Assembly: GCA_039190745.1 (NCBI GenBank)
Contig: JBCCXZ010000011.1
Coordinates: forward strand, 11,223 to 75,222
DNA from: Planctomycetota bacterium
GTDB taxonomy: Bacteria; Planctomycetota; Planctomycetia; Pirellulales; Lacipirellulaceae
DNA length: 64,000 bases
Direction of reading: 5' to 3'
The notes under the pieces were generated by a model. The model made no database searches. It had not been told where the DNA came from and was given only the letters and a program-made list of their open reading frames with translations. The position numbers and the translations under genes were made by a program. Below, one piece after another: positions 39,012 to 49,647 of this stretch; position 1 is the stretch's first letter, and the number at the start of each line of letters is the position of its first letter.

Positions 39012-39610
39012 CGGAGGCCGCCCTGCGGGGGCGGGAAGTAGCCGCCGACGTTCTGCATCGTGCCGGCCATGTCGAGCCGGACGAATGGGTGACCAGTGCC
39101 GGAGTATTCTTCCGAGCCGGTGGTGCTGTACGGGTTGCGGGCGGCCATCTGGGTGAGGCGGTGGTGGTGGATCGCCGCGGCCTGCTCGACCCTCGCCTGT
39201 TGGTTCTGCTGGCGGTTGAACCGGTTGCGTTGCTGTTGCTGCTGCAGCTGCGGGCGGACGACGTTGTAGTAGTCCTGGACGCCGCCGAACGGGTTGTTGT
39301 TCAGCCCAAGGTAGGGCGTCACGTTCGAGCTGCTCCGGTTCACCGACGAGAACGGCTTGTTGGCGCCGGGGGTCAGGCTGAACGTATTCTGCGACTGGTT
39401 CAGGCTCGAGAACGCGAACCGCGGGACCGAGTTGCGGATGGCCTGCGACCGGAACCGGTTGGCGCTGAACAGCGACGCGCTGTTGGCGTTGCGGATGCCG
39501 GCGAGCTGGTTGTTGGTGAAGAACGAATCGTTCTGGGCGAGAGCCGATCCTGCCGGCGCCAAGACCAGGGCGGCTAATAGGAGGTTCTTCAGCATCGCGG
39601 GGGCGGGCAT
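39008..39610 (-). CDS. Secreted Asn/Gln-rich hypothetical protein
   Basis: Signal peptide ending ALA-Q; KPFS...TPYL.L...YY..VRP; Gln-rich stretch. Confidence 0.75.
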   Translation of the reverse strand: MPAPAMLKNLLLAALVLAPAGSALAQNDSFFTNNQLAGIRNANSASLFSANRFRSQAIRNSVPRFAFSSLNQSQNTFSLTPGANKPFSSVNRSSSNVTPYLGLNNNPFGGVQDYYNVVRPQLQQQQQRNRFNRQQNQQARVEQAAAIHHHRLTQMAARNPYSTTGSEEYSGTGHPFVRLDMAGTMQNVGGYFPPPQGGLR

Positions 39611-39903
39611 GTCGGTGTTCCGGCTGTGCGGTGTAACTTGGCTGAGAAGCGTCGTTGAGAGGCGTTGTTCTCGATCCGGCTTCGTCTTTGATCCTAGGCG
39701 GCCGGGGTCTGGCAAGCAATGAATCTGTGCTGATTGCCGGGCTAGCGCCCGCCGGTCTCTAACTCTAGGCTACCCCGCCCCGGGGGGCCTATCGTGTTGC
39801 CCCGCCGTGACATACGGCGCTTCGGACGGGCGGTGCAGGCGTTGCGACCGGAACAGTCGGCGCCCTGGGCGTAGCTGGGTGGCTCGGTGGGCAGTCGACG
39901 GCG

Positions 39904-40353
39904 CTAGCGGCGTCGCTGGCGGAAGAAATCGGTGAGCACCCGCCCGCACTCTTCTGCGAGCACGCCGCCCTCGACCTCGACGCGGTGGTTGAAGCGGTCG
40001 TCTTCCAAGAGTCGGTACAGCGACCGCACAGCCCCCGCCTTGGGGTCGAGCGCCCCGAACACGACGCGGTCGACCCGTGATTGCAGCAGTGCCCCCGCGC
40101 ACATCGGGCAGGGTTCTAGGGTCACCACGAGTGTGCATCCGGTGAGCCGCCAGCTCTGCAGGCTCTCGGCCGCCTGGGTGATGGCGAGCACTTCGGCGTG
40201 GGCGGTGGGGTCGCGGAGCGTTTCGCGTTGGTTGTGGGCCGAGCCAATGACCCGGCCGTTGTGGAGGACGACGCAGCCGACCGGCACCTCGCCGGCTTCC
40301 GCGGCCGCGGCGGCTTCCGCGAGGGCGAGTTGCATGGCGTCGGCGTCGGTCAC
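39904..40353 (-). CDS. tadA: tRNA adenosine(34) deaminase
   Basis: GEVPVG, DPTAHAE, TLEPCPMCAGA, DPKAGA, NH and FF..RR motifs; start approximate. Confidence 0.93.
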   Translation of the reverse strand: MTDADAMQLALAEAAAAAEAGEVPVGCVVLHNGRVIGSAHNQRETLRDPTAHAEVLAITQAAESLQSWRLTGCTLVVTLEPCPMCAGALLQSRVDRVVFGALDPKAGAVRSLYRLLEDDRFNHRVEVEGGVLAEECGRVLTDFFRQRRR

Positions 40354-40483
40354 GTGAGGCTGCTTATCGATCGAGGGTGCGAGAACTTCCTCGGAGCAGT
40401 TTAGCAGAACGCCGAAGGTCGCGATCACGCTAGAAGGGAAGCTGGGAAGCCCGGCTTCTCGTCGTTACACTCACAGGCCCGTT

Positions 40484-40924
40484 GTGACCTCCAAGCCGAA
40501 CACGCCTTTGATGCCTACAGAACCGAACTCGGACCGCCCGTGGGAACGGGTCGCGACCGCGGCGCAGTTTTGGACCGCCGCCCTGCTTGTGGTCATGTTT
40601 GTTGGCACGCATATGCCCAACTCGATCGACGGGCTCGAGGGCGGGCGGGACCGGATCGCGCACTTTGTCGGCTACGCGGCGCTGGCCTGCAGCGTGCTGG
40701 CGACCCTCGAACTCTCGCTGCCGAGGGTCGAGCCGCGGCACTACTTCGGGGTGTGGGTCTCGCTGGTGCTCTACGGCGTTTTCGATGAGATCACGCAGAC
40801 GCCGATGCGCCGGGTGTGCGATGTGACCGACTGGGCGTTCGACGTGATGGGCGCTACATCGGGCATCGTCTTCTACCTCGTGGGCCGGTCGGTCTTGCGG
40901 GGCTTGGCTTCTGGGGAAACCTAG
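40484..40924 (+). CDS. VanZ-like membrane protein
   Basis: THMP, D.IAHF.GY, DEITQ...R..D..DW..D..G. Confidence 0.85.
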   Translation: MTSKPNTPLMPTEPNSDRPWERVATAAQFWTAALLVVMFVGTHMPNSIDGLEGGRDRIAHFVGYAALACSVLATLELSLPRVEPRHYFGVWVSLVLYGVFDEITQTPMRRVCDVTDWAFDVMGATSGIVFYLVGRSVLRGLASGET

Positions 40925-43900
40925 CGCCGGCCGCCGGCCATGGCGGGCCGCTTGCCCGTCCTGCCGCCGCGTTGCCGCGACGAGGATTCGAGCCGGAGGT
41001 TGCCTGGCCCGAGCAGCTGGTCGACCCGCTCGCGGAGTTCGGGGTTGGGCTCGACGCCGTCCCACTGGCTGTCGAGCCACACCTGGCCGCCGTCGGAGAG
41101 GTCCAGCCGCAGGCGGAGTTTTTTTTTGCCGGGGTAGCCCCGGAGGATTTCCCGCAGGCTGACCAGGCCCTGCTCTCCGTGCTCGGCTTCGGTGACGCGG
41201 ATCACGAGGCTGTTGGCCTGCTGTTCGGGGAGCTCTTCGAGCGGGAGCACTTGGTCGACAATGAAATTGGTTTCTTCAGCTCCGGGGCGGCGGTCGACTT
41301 TGCCCATCAGCGCGACGATGGCGTCGGCCTGCACCAAGTGCCCGTACTCGGCGAACTGTTCGGGCCAAAGGATACAGCGGACGATGCCGTCGAGGTCTTC
41401 CAGGTCCCACATGGCGTACTTGGTGTGGGTGCTGCCGGGCCGCGGGTTCTTGGTGTGCTTGAAGGTGAGGGCTCCGATCATACCGCCGACGGTGGCCTCG
41501 TCGCGGTGCTTCATGTTGGCCAGCGCCGGGGTGGCGACGCAGTACGACCGGACGATCTGCGTGTGCTCGGCGAGCGGGTGGCTGGTGAGGTAGAACCCGA
41601 GGACTTCCTTCTCGAGGGCGAGTTGCTCCTTCTCTTCGAACGGCGGGATCTTGGGCAGCTCGGGCGTGGCCTGCTCGTCGTCGGCTTCTTCGAAGAGGCC
41701 TTTCTGCCCGCTGCGGCGGTCCGCTGCGGCTGAGGCGCCCGACTGCAACGCTCGATCCAGAACCATGAGCAGTTGGGCTCGCGTGCCGGAGGTGCTGTCG
41801 AACGCGCCGGCCTTGATGAGCGATTCGATCGTGGAGCGGTTGCAGAGCTGCGGGTCGACGCGGTCGCAGAAGTCGAACACGCTCGTGAAGGGGCCGTCCT
41901 TCGTGCGGGCTTTGCCGATCGCCTCGGCCGCGGCCTGGCCGCAGCCCTTGATGGCGCAGAGGCCGAAGTAGATCTTGCCCTCCTGCACGACGAAATGTGG
42001 CGACGAGGCGTTGACGTTTGGCGGGACGACCTCGACGTCCATCCGGCGGCAGTCTTCGAGGTGCTCGACCAGGGCGTCTTTGTTCTTGAAGTTCCGGCCC
42101 GGGATGTCGCAGGACAAGAGGGCAGCCATGAACTCCACCGGGTGGTGGGCCTTTAGGTAGGCGGTCATGTACGCGATGAGGGCGTAGGCGGTGGAGTGGC
42201 TTTTGTTGAAGCCGTAGCCGGCGAACTTCTCGATCATCTCGAAGAGCTCGACCGCCTTCTTCTTGTCGAGCCCCTGGCCGTGGGCGCCGTCGATGAACTC
42301 CTCGCGGAACTTGGCGATGATCGGCAGCTTCTTCTTGCTGATCGCCTTGATGCATTTGTACGCGTCGGAGAGGTGGATGCCGCCCAAGCGGTTGAGGATC
42401 CGCATCACCTGTTCTTGGTAGACCATCACGCCGTGGGTCTCTTCGAGCACGTCCTCCATCACGGGGTGCGGGTAGGAGGCCGGCTTGCGGCCGTGCTTGA
42501 CCTCTATGTAGTCGTCGACCATGCCCCCCTCGAGCGGGCCGGGCCGGTAGAGGGCGTTGGTGGCGATCACGTCGCGGAAGGCGTCGGGCTTCATCCGTTG
42601 GAGCAGGTCGCGGATGCCGCCGCTTTCGAGCTGGAAGATGCCCTTCGTTTCGCCCCGGCAGAGGAGTGCGAAGGTCTCCTGGTCGTCGAGTGGGAAGGCG
42701 TACGGGTCGATTTTTTCGCCGGTGGAGAGCTCGATCAGGTCGATCGTGCGGGCGAGGATCGTGAGGTTGCGGAGGCCGAGGAAGTCCATCTTCAAAAGGC
42801 CGGCCGCCTCGACGTCGTTCATCGCCCACTGGGTGATGACCTCGGTTTTGCCCTTCACGTGCTGCAGGGGCACGTACTCCTCGACCGGCTTCTCGGCGAT
42901 CACCACCGCGGCGGCGTGCGTGCCGACGTTGCGCGCTAGGCCCTCGATTTTCTGGGCCAGGTCGATGAGCTCGCGGACCTCGCCGTCCGACTCGTAGGTG
43001 TTGCGGAGCTCGTCGCTCTGTTCGAGCGCGCCCTCGATGGTGATGCCGAGCTGCTCGGGCACCATCCCGACGACCTGGTCGACCCGGAAGACGGGCATGC
43101 CAAGAGTGCGACCGACATCGCGGATCGCGGCCCGTGCGGCGAGCGTGCCGAAGGTGCCGATCTGGGCGACGTTCGCTTCGCCGTATTTGTCTTTGACGTA
43201 CTGGATGACCTCGCCGCGGCGTTCCTTGCAGAAGTCGATGTCGATATCTGGGGCTTCCAGCCGGCTCTCGTCGAGGAACCGCTCGAAGAGCAGGTCGTAC
43301 TCCAGCGGGCAGACGTGACTGAGCTTGAGCGCGTAACAGACCAGCGAGCCGACGCCCGAGCCGCGGGCCGTGCACGGGATGTCCCGCTCGACGGCGATGC
43401 GGACGAAGTCCCAGACGATGAGGAAGTAGTCGCAGAAGCCGAGCTTGTTGATGACGCCCAGCTCGCGGTCGAGCCGGGCCTGCACCTCGTCGCTGAGCCG
43501 ATCGCCCTGCCAGCGGTCGGGCCGGTTGGCGTAGCGTTCTCTGAGGCCCTCTTCGCAGAGCCGGCGGAGGAAGTCTTCGGAGGTCTCGGTTTCGGGCGGC
43601 GTGAAAGTGGGGAAGTGCCGCTTGCCTAGTTCGAGGTCGAGGTCGATCGAGTCGGCGATCTCTTGCGACCGGGCGAGGGCCTCTTCGTCGCCCCGCAGGG
43701 CCTCGTACATCTGCTCGGGGCTGCGGAGGAAGAACTGGTCGCCCTCCATTTTCATGCGGTTGGAGTCGGTGCGGAACTTGCCGGTGTTGATGCAGAGCAG
43801 AACGTCCTGCGCCTCGGCGTCTTCCTGGTTGACGTAGTGGGCGTCGCTGGTGGCGACGACCGGCAGGCCCATCCGCTGAGCGACCTCGTTGGCCGCGACG

Positions 43901-44487
43901 CGCGCTTGACGCTGGATCTCCAGTCCGTTGTCTTGGATCTCGATGAAGTATCGGTCGCCGAAGACGCTGTGGTACCAGGCGGCGATCTCTTGGGCCTGCT
44001 CGATCTGTTCCTCGACGGCCGGGCCGCTGCCGGTGAGCAGTGTTCGAGAGAACTCGCCGGAGACGCACCCGCTCAGGCAGACGATGCCCTCGGAGTGGTC
44101 GGCGAGCAGCTCGCGATCGATGCGGGGCTTGTGGTAGAAGCCCTCGAGGAACGCGCGGCTGGACATCTTCACGAGGTTCTGGAACCCCGTGCGGTTCTGT
44201 GCGAGCAGCGTCAGGTGGTAGCTTGACTCTTTGCTGCTGCCTGAGCCTGCCTTGTCGAACCGGCTGCCGGGGGCGATGTAGGCCTCGTAGCCGACGATCG
44301 GGTTGATCTCGGCCTCGCGGCAGGCCTGGTAGAATTCGAGCGCGCCGTAGAGGTTGCCGTGGTCGGTGAGCGCCAGGGCGTTCATGCCCTGTTCTTTGGC
44401 GCGGGCGACCAGCTTGCGGATGGGGCTTGCGCCATCGAGCAGGCTGTAGTGGCTGTGGCAGTGCAGGTGGACGAACGGCTTGGCCAC
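40921..44487 (-). CDS. dnaE: DNA polymerase III alpha subunit
   Basis: PHP domain FVHLH.HSHYSLLDG; RGSG.GS, PDIDIDF, KMDFLGL and FAGYGFNKSH motifs; no intein. Confidence 0.98.
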   Translation of the reverse strand: MAKPFVHLHCHSHYSLLDGASPIRKLVARAKEQGMNALALTDHGNLYGALEFYQACREAEINPIVGYEAYIAPGSRFDKAGSGSSKESSYHLTLLAQNRTGFQNLVKMSSRAFLEGFYHKPRIDRELLADHSEGIVCLSGCVSGEFSRTLLTGSGPAVEEQIEQAQEIAAWYHSVFGDRYFIEIQDNGLEIQRQARVAANEVAQRMGLPVVATSDAHYVNQEDAEAQDVLLCINTGKFRTDSNRMKMEGDQFFLRSPEQMYEALRGDEEALARSQEIADSIDLDLELGKRHFPTFTPPETETSEDFLRRLCEEGLRERYANRPDRWQGDRLSDEVQARLDRELGVINKLGFCDYFLIVWDFVRIAVERDIPCTARGSGVGSLVCYALKLSHVCPLEYDLLFERFLDESRLEAPDIDIDFCKERRGEVIQYVKDKYGEANVAQIGTFGTLAARAAIRDVGRTLGMPVFRVDQVVGMVPEQLGITIEGALEQSDELRNTYESDGEVRELIDLAQKIEGLARNVGTHAAAVVIAEKPVEEYVPLQHVKGKTEVITQWAMNDVEAAGLLKMDFLGLRNLTILARTIDLIELSTGEKIDPYAFPLDDQETFALLCRGETKGIFQLESGGIRDLLQRMKPDAFRDVIATNALYRPGPLEGGMVDDYIEVKHGRKPASYPHPVMEDVLEETHGVMVYQEQVMRILNRLGGIHLSDAYKCIKAISKKKLPIIAKFREEFIDGAHGQGLDKKKAVELFEMIEKFAGYGFNKSHSTAYALIAYMTAYLKAHHPVEFMAALLSCDIPGRNFKNKDALVEHLEDCRRMDVEVVPPNVNASSPHFVVQEGKIYFGLCAIKGCGQAAAEAIGKARTKDGPFTSVFDFCDRVDPQLCNRSTIESLIKAGAFDSTSGTRAQLLMVLDRALQSGASAAADRRSGQKGLFEEADDEQATPELPKIPPFEEKEQLALEKEVLGFYLTSHPLAEHTQIVRSYCVATPALANMKHRDEATVGGMIGALTFKHTKNPRPGSTHTKYAMWDLEDLDGIVRCILWPEQFAEYGHLVQADAIVALMGKVDRRPGAEETNFIVDQVLPLEELPEQQANSLVIRVTEAEHGEQGLVSLREILRGYPGKKKLRLRLDLSDGGQVWLDSQWDGVEPNPELRERVDQLLGPGNLRLESSSRQRGGRTGKRPAMAGGRR

Positions 44488-44612
44488 GGGGGTCCCCTTC
44501 CTGGGTGCGCATCAATGGCGGCGGCGGGCCGCGGTGGTGAGCGAACGATTGTAGCCCGCTCCACCGTGGAGCTAAAGAATCGTCGGGGGGAAGAGGCCGA
44601 TCGGCCAGGTTC

Positions 44613-45293
44613 TTAGCTGCCGTGGCCGGGATCGCCGATCGAGCGGAGGTACTCCGCGAGCTGGCATTGCATGTCGAGCAGGTCTTGCCACTGAGGCAGC
44701 GCGATCGAGGCTTTCTGCTCCTGCTCGTCGAGTTCGGCGGCGTGGATAAGCTGACGGGTTCGCAGGTGGAGGTACTCCAGCAGCTCCGAAACCTGCGCGG
44801 CCTGGCCGGCGGAGAGTTTTTGCGGCAGCTCCGGCGGGAGCGGGATGTGGAGCGTGCTCTGCAGGTCGTCCGAGGCGCCGAGTTTCAGCTCGAAGCTGTT
44901 GGAGGCGGAGTCTGCGCGCTCGATCAGCTCGCTTGCCTGCAGCTTGCTGGTGTCGCTGATGCCGTCGTTGCGCAGCTCGTCGAGGCGGCTGGTGATCTGC
45001 TCCCGAGTGCCGAATAAGAGGACGGAGCGGCCGAGGGCGACGACGTCGCCGAAGCGGAGGATGCGGAGCTGGGTGTCTTCGCCGTTGACGCGGGTGCCGT
45101 TGGTGCTCTCGAGGTCGGTGAGGACCAGCTTGGCCTGGTCTTCCTGGATCTTGAGGTGGAAGCGGCTGATCCGTTCGTCGTTCAGCTGAACGGTGTTGCC
45201 TTCTTCCCGGCCGATGGTGATCGGGGGTGCGAGTTCGTCGTAGACCTGCCCGCGGTCGGCTCCGTCGAGCACTCGGAGAGTAACACGCATCAT
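44613..45293 (-). CDS. FHA-domain protein
   Basis: ITIGRE, ISRFH and DLESTNGT.VNG motifs. Confidence 0.9.
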   Translation of the reverse strand: MMRVTLRVLDGADRGQVYDELAPPITIGREEGNTVQLNDERISRFHLKIQEDQAKLVLTDLESTNGTRVNGEDTQLRILRFGDVVALGRSVLLFGTREQITSRLDELRNDGISDTSKLQASELIERADSASNSFELKLGASDDLQSTLHIPLPPELPQKLSAGQAAQVSELLEYLHLRTRQLIHAAELDEQEQKASIALPQWQDLLDMQCQLAEYLRSIGDPGHGS

Positions 45294-45661
45294 CGAGAGC
45301 GCCGCCTCTGTCGGTGCCGATTCGTTCGGACTGCGAAGCCGTGGGAGCCGGTACCTTCCGGGAACGCCCACAGCGCGAGATCGTCCGGCACCGCTTCTCT
45401 GCGGGTGCCCCCCTGCCCTAGCTCGCTTATAACACGCGGAAAACCACGCAGCAAGCCAACTCTACGTTGCGGGGGCGCTGTAGGAGCGAATCGATGATTT
45501 ATTGAGCGTGTGGGTCGGGCGGCTTTCGTGCCGTGATCCTCGGGCGGGGGCCCCGCCCCGGGCTCCGGGGAAAGGCGCCTACGCGGGCCGAACTGCTTTA
45601 CGCCGTTCTGCACCGGTAGGAGAATACACGAGAAGCATCATTCTCACGTGCGGGAGCGAAG

Positions 45662-46417
45662 TTGGCTGTTGAACCGACCGATGAGTACGCCGCGAAAGGG
45701 GACGACCGCAGGTCGTGGCTGGGTGCGTACGACTGGCAAACCGCCGCGCCTTGGCTGATTTGGCTGGGGTTCACAGTCGTTTACTTGGCGACGCTGACAG
45801 CGGTGTTCGGCCTCGGCCGGGTGGCGGTGTGGGCTTGGCCGGGGCCGATGGCGTTCGGCTGGCTGGTGTTCCTGCACTGCCGCACGAACGGCGACACGAG
45901 CCCGATCGCGGTCTTCACGTTCCTGGCGACAGGTCCGATGGTGGGCGTGTTCGCCCTGTTCGTGCTCGCGGCGCAGGAGCGGATCCAAATGGCGGTCAGC
46001 GGCAACGTCTCCAAGCCGCTGAGTTACACCCAGTTGTCGATGGGGGCTTGGGTGGTTGGCTGTGCGGCGTTGCTGCTGTCGGGCGTGGTTGCGTTTCTCT
46101 ACGCGCGAGCAGCCTGCGGGTTGTGGCCCTCGAAGGAAAAGCCGTCGGTGCTCTCCGACGTGGTGCTCACTCCAGATGCCGCGGGGCGGCCCCCGCAGTG
46201 CTTGGCGGAGTTTGCGCTCGATTGGTCTGCGACGCCCGAGGAGCTTGACGCGGCCTACCGTGCAATGGCGCTCAAGACGCACCCCGACCGGGGCGGGAGC
46301 GAGCAAGAGTTCAAAGCGCTTCAGGAAAACTACGCCCGGGCCAAACGATTCTTGCGTCGCACCCGAGTCGATGCGCCCCACGCCGCCGCGAGCCGGAGCG
46401 GGGCTAGCGCTGGATGA
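45662..46417 (+). CDS. Membrane protein with C-terminal J-domain
   Basis: Four to five TM helices, then AYRAMALKTHPDRGG...F..LQ..Y (HPD motif). Confidence 0.75.
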   Translation: MAVEPTDEYAAKGDDRRSWLGAYDWQTAAPWLIWLGFTVVYLATLTAVFGLGRVAVWAWPGPMAFGWLVFLHCRTNGDTSPIAVFTFLATGPMVGVFALFVLAAQERIQMAVSGNVSKPLSYTQLSMGAWVVGCAALLLSGVVAFLYARAACGLWPSKEKPSVLSDVVLTPDAAGRPPQCLAEFALDWSATPEELDAAYRAMALKTHPDRGGSEQEFKALQENYARAKRFLRRTRVDAPHAAASRSGASAG

Positions 46418-47426
46418 GCTCGCCGCCGGCAATGGTGCAGAGCGATTCGAGCAGGTCGGTGTCTGTGTCTTCGCTCAGGAAGTGGGCCGACCCGTCGAGC
46501 AACACGAAGTGGCAGCCCCCCGGGTGGAGGCTGGCCGCGGGGGCCCACCAAGTGCGGACGCGACCGACTACGGGGGCGTAGAGCTCGTCCCATGCTGGGC
46601 CGTATTGCGGGAGGTGCCAGTGGTTGATGCCTGGGTCTTGCCCGCCGGGGTCGACGCCCGGCATCACCCAGCCCCGGTAGCCCCATGCGAACGCTCCGCC
46701 GTTGACGTGGTACCGCGTGGTCTCGCCGAAGGCCAAGGTATTGCTGGTGCCGTCGGTAACCCACGAGAAAGCTGTCTTGCTGTTTTCGCCGAAGGCCCGC
46801 TTATCCTCGGATGTCGACCAATGGTTGCACCTCCTGCCCGATATGTCGCCGACGATGAAATCGTAATTCGTCGAGTCGCCCGTGAAACCAGGCACGGGGA
46901 GGTAGATCCCGCTTGCGAGCCGCTCCTCCGAGTCGTCGGATGGGCACTTTACCAAGCCGAGCTCAACGCCGGCCGCTAAGGCATTGCCGTTGGCGGCGGG
47001 GTCACCTACGGGCGTGCCTCGCTCGTTGTGGTAGAGCGTCGTGGAGGGGACTACGGCGGACGCTTCGTCAAGCGTGAAGCGATCGAAGAGAGTCGTTTGC
47101 TCTAAGTGCGGCAGGAGCAGTACCAGCCCGTTGGCATTGAAGACGCGTTCGTCTCCAGGTCCGTCGGCCTCCGACTCACACCAGCCGAGACCTCGGCTTC
47201 CGTACGGGAGGAGGCCGGTAGCAGCCTCGTAGGCCAGCAATGCCACGCCGAGCTGCTTCAGGTTGTTCTCGCAGGTCACACGCCGGGCCGACTCACGAGC
47301 CGATTGCACGGCCGGCAGCAGGAGAGCAATCAGCACGCCGATGATCGCGATGACCACAAGCAGTTCGACGAGCGTCATGCCGCGTACGCAGCTTTGTCGG
47401 AGACGGGTGGCTGGACGGTCGGGCAC
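46404..47426 (-). CDS. DUF1559 protein with type IV prepilin N-terminus
   Basis: [36 protein letters not shown]...GE and [14 protein letters not shown] motifs. Confidence 0.95.
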   Translation of the reverse strand: MPDRPATRLRQSCVRGMTLVELLVVIAIIGVLIALLLPAVQSARESARRVTCENNLKQLGVALLAYEAATGLLPYGSRGLGWCESEADGPGDERVFNANGLVLLLPHLEQTTLFDRFTLDEASAVVPSTTLYHNERGTPVGDPAANGNALAAGVELGLVKCPSDDSEERLASGIYLPVPGFTGDSTNYDFIVGDISGRRCNHWSTSEDKRAFGENSKTAFSWVTDGTSNTLAFGETTRYHVNGGAFAWGYRGWVMPGVDPGGQDPGINHWHLPQYGPAWDELYAPVVGRVRTWWAPAASLHPGGCHFVLLDGSAHFLSEDTDTDLLESLCTIAGGELIQR

Positions 47427-47589
47427 GGCGGTGGCTCGTCACGGTGGCGGCGAGTGGCTCCTCGGCGGAGCTCGACCCTCCGTGGCGATTGCTCGCCAGT
47501 ATACCTCGCGGAGCCCCGGCGTGCGGGGCTCGCGCAAACCGCAGAACTGTGACGACACGCAGCAGCAGGCACTCCCTCGGCGCGGAGGC

Positions 47590-47880
47590 TTAGCGGACTC
47601 CGCTGCCGATCGGGCCGGGCATTGTGTTGGACGGCACCACGACCGGCTCGCCCGTCGCTGAGTCGTACGGCATGCCGTAGCCGCTGCTGAACCCGCCGGA
47701 CTGGCAGGAATCGCAGGCCGGGACGCATGCGGGCTGGCACGCGGGGGCGCAGACGGGGGCACAGACCGAAGCCACCGGCTGAGCGACAGGCTTCTTGGCG
47801 AAGAAGCTCTTGCAGGAGCCGCAGCCCGTGGTGGAGACGCTCGTCGCGACGACAAACAGCAGCAATACCGTGTTCTTCAT
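47590..47880 (-). CDS. Small Cys-rich lipoprotein
   Basis: TTGC lipobox-like site; CAPV-CAPA-CQPA-CVPA-CDSC repeat. Confidence 0.7.
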   Translation of the reverse strand: MKNTVLLLFVVATSVSTTGCGSCKSFFAKKPVAQPVASVCAPVCAPACQPACVPACDSCQSGGFSSGYGMPYDSATGEPVVVPSNTMPGPIGSGVR

Positions 47881-48205
47881 GATAACGCCCCGGCGTGCGG
47901 GGCCCTCCTTGTCGGCGCTGGGGTTGGGGAGGAAGCGGGGTGCGCCGGACAGTCTGTCGGTGGTTTTTGGCGGGACGCGGATTCTTGCGAGACAACGAAC
48001 CGCACAACCATGCGCTGCGGGTTGCGTTTAGCAAACACAACCGGTGAAGAATCGCAACGTTTTCGGTGCCCCACGGGGGTCCGACCGCCCTATCCGGTCT
48101 AAACTGAACAGTGCCCCTTTCCGAGCCTTCCAGCTGGGTTGTCCGGCCGCGTACACTGATCAGACCGCCAGCCCGACGCGGCACATAGCAATACGCGAGC
48201 CCCGA

Positions 48206-49645
48206 ATGGAACAGACGCTTCTCAATTCGCTCGCCCGGTCGTTGCGCGAACTTCTCGGCGAAGACCGTGTGCTCACAGAGCCCTCGCAGCTTCTCGTCTA
48301 CGAGTGCGACGGTTTTGTGATCGAAAAGAGCACGCCGGACATCGTGGTTTTTCCTGGATCGACCGAGGAGGTGGCCGAGGTGGTGCGGCGATGCGCAGCG
48401 GAAGGCGTGCCGTGCGTGCCGCGTGGTGCGGGGACGAGCCTTTCGGGCGGGTGCCTGCCGGTGGGCGGGGGCGTCATGATCGTGCTGACCCGCATGAACC
48501 GCGTGCTGGAGATTCACGCTCGCGACCGTTACGCGGTGGTCGAGTGCGGCGTGGTGAACGCCCGGTTGAATATTGCGCTCCGCGGGACGGGGCTGCACTA
48601 CGCGCCCGACCCGTCGAGCCAGGGCGCGTGCACCATCGGAGGGAACGTCGCCGCGAACGCGGGCGGGCCGCACACGCTGAAGTACGGCGTGACCGTCAAT
48701 CATGTGCTGGGCGTCGAGGTGGTCACAGCGGACGGGGAGGTCGTCACGCTTGGCGGCCCGCGCGAGGGCGGGGCGGGACTAGACTTGGTCGGCGCCGTGG
48801 TCGGCAGCGAAGGCACCCTCGCGATCGTCACCAAGGTGTGGGTCCGGTTGGTGCCGAACCCGCAGGGCTTCCGCACGATGCTGGCGGTGTTCGAGACCGT
48901 GGAAGACGCCACGCAGTGCATCAGCGGCATCATCGGCGTGGGCATCGTCCCCGCGGCGCTGGAGATGATGGACCAGGGCATCCTAGTGGCGGTCGAGGAA
49001 GCGTTTCATTTTGGCTTCCCCCTCGACGCGGAGGCGGTGCTGCTGATCGAGGTCGACGGGCTGGAGGCGGGGCTCGACCGACAGCAGCAGCAGGTGATCG
49101 ACCTGTGCCACGAGCACAACGCCTGCGAGGTCCGCAAAGCGAACGACGCCGCGGAGCGGGCCAAGCTCTGGAAGGCGCGTAAGCAGGCGTTTGGCGCCAT
49201 CGGGCGGATCAGCCCCAGCTACTGCACGCAGGACGGCGTCGTGCCGCGCACGAAAGTGCCGCACATCCTGAAGCGGATCAGCGAGATCGGCGCGAAGCAC
49301 GACATCCGGATCATCAACGTCTTCCACGCCGGCGACGGCAACCTCCACCCGATCCTGCTGTTCGACGAACGCGACCCCGAGCAGACCAAGCGGGTGCTAG
49401 CCGCGAGTAGCGAGGTGCTTCAGGAGTGCCTCGATTGCGGCGGCAGCGTCACGGGCGAGCACGGCATAGGCGTCGAGAAGATCGGTTTCATGGACAAGAT
49501 GTTTGCGGCTAATGACCTCCAGGCGATGGAGCGGCTCCGAGAGGCGTGGAACCCCCGCAACCTGCTCAGCCCCGACAAGCTGCTGCCGACTTCGGGCGGC
49601 TGCGGCATGGAGCAGGTCCACCCTGGCAGGAGGGCTGCGTTGTAG
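48206..49645 (+). CDS. glcD: Glycolate oxidase subunit GlcD-like FAD oxidase
   Basis: RGAGTSLSGG, PDPSS, GGPH.LKYG, GSEGTL, HAGDGNLHP and GEHGIG.EK motifs. Confidence 0.9.
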   Translation: MEQTLLNSLARSLRELLGEDRVLTEPSQLLVYECDGFVIEKSTPDIVVFPGSTEEVAEVVRRCAAEGVPCVPRGAGTSLSGGCLPVGGGVMIVLTRMNRVLEIHARDRYAVVECGVVNARLNIALRGTGLHYAPDPSSQGACTIGGNVAANAGGPHTLKYGVTVNHVLGVEVVTADGEVVTLGGPREGGAGLDLVGAVVGSEGTLAIVTKVWVRLVPNPQGFRTMLAVFETVEDATQCISGIIGVGIVPAALEMMDQGILVAVEEAFHFGFPLDAEAVLLIEVDGLEAGLDRQQQQVIDLCHEHNACEVRKANDAAERAKLWKARKQAFGAIGRISPSYCTQDGVVPRTKVPHILKRISEIGAKHDIRIINVFHAGDGNLHPILLFDERDPEQTKRVLAASSEVLQECLDCGGSVTGEHGIGVEKIGFMDKMFAANDLQAMERLREAWNPRNLLSPDKLLPTSGGCGMEQVHPGRRAAL

Positions 49646-49647
49646 CG

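Noticed and set aside
39720..39903. SRP RNA or tRNA downstream of tadA
   Set aside because: No SRP helix-8 motif or tRNA T-loop/cloverleaf found on either strand.
41276..44515. 1079-aa ORF overlapping dnaE in another frame
   Set aside because: Arg/Pro/Gly-rich shadow ORF typical of GC-rich DNA; no motifs.
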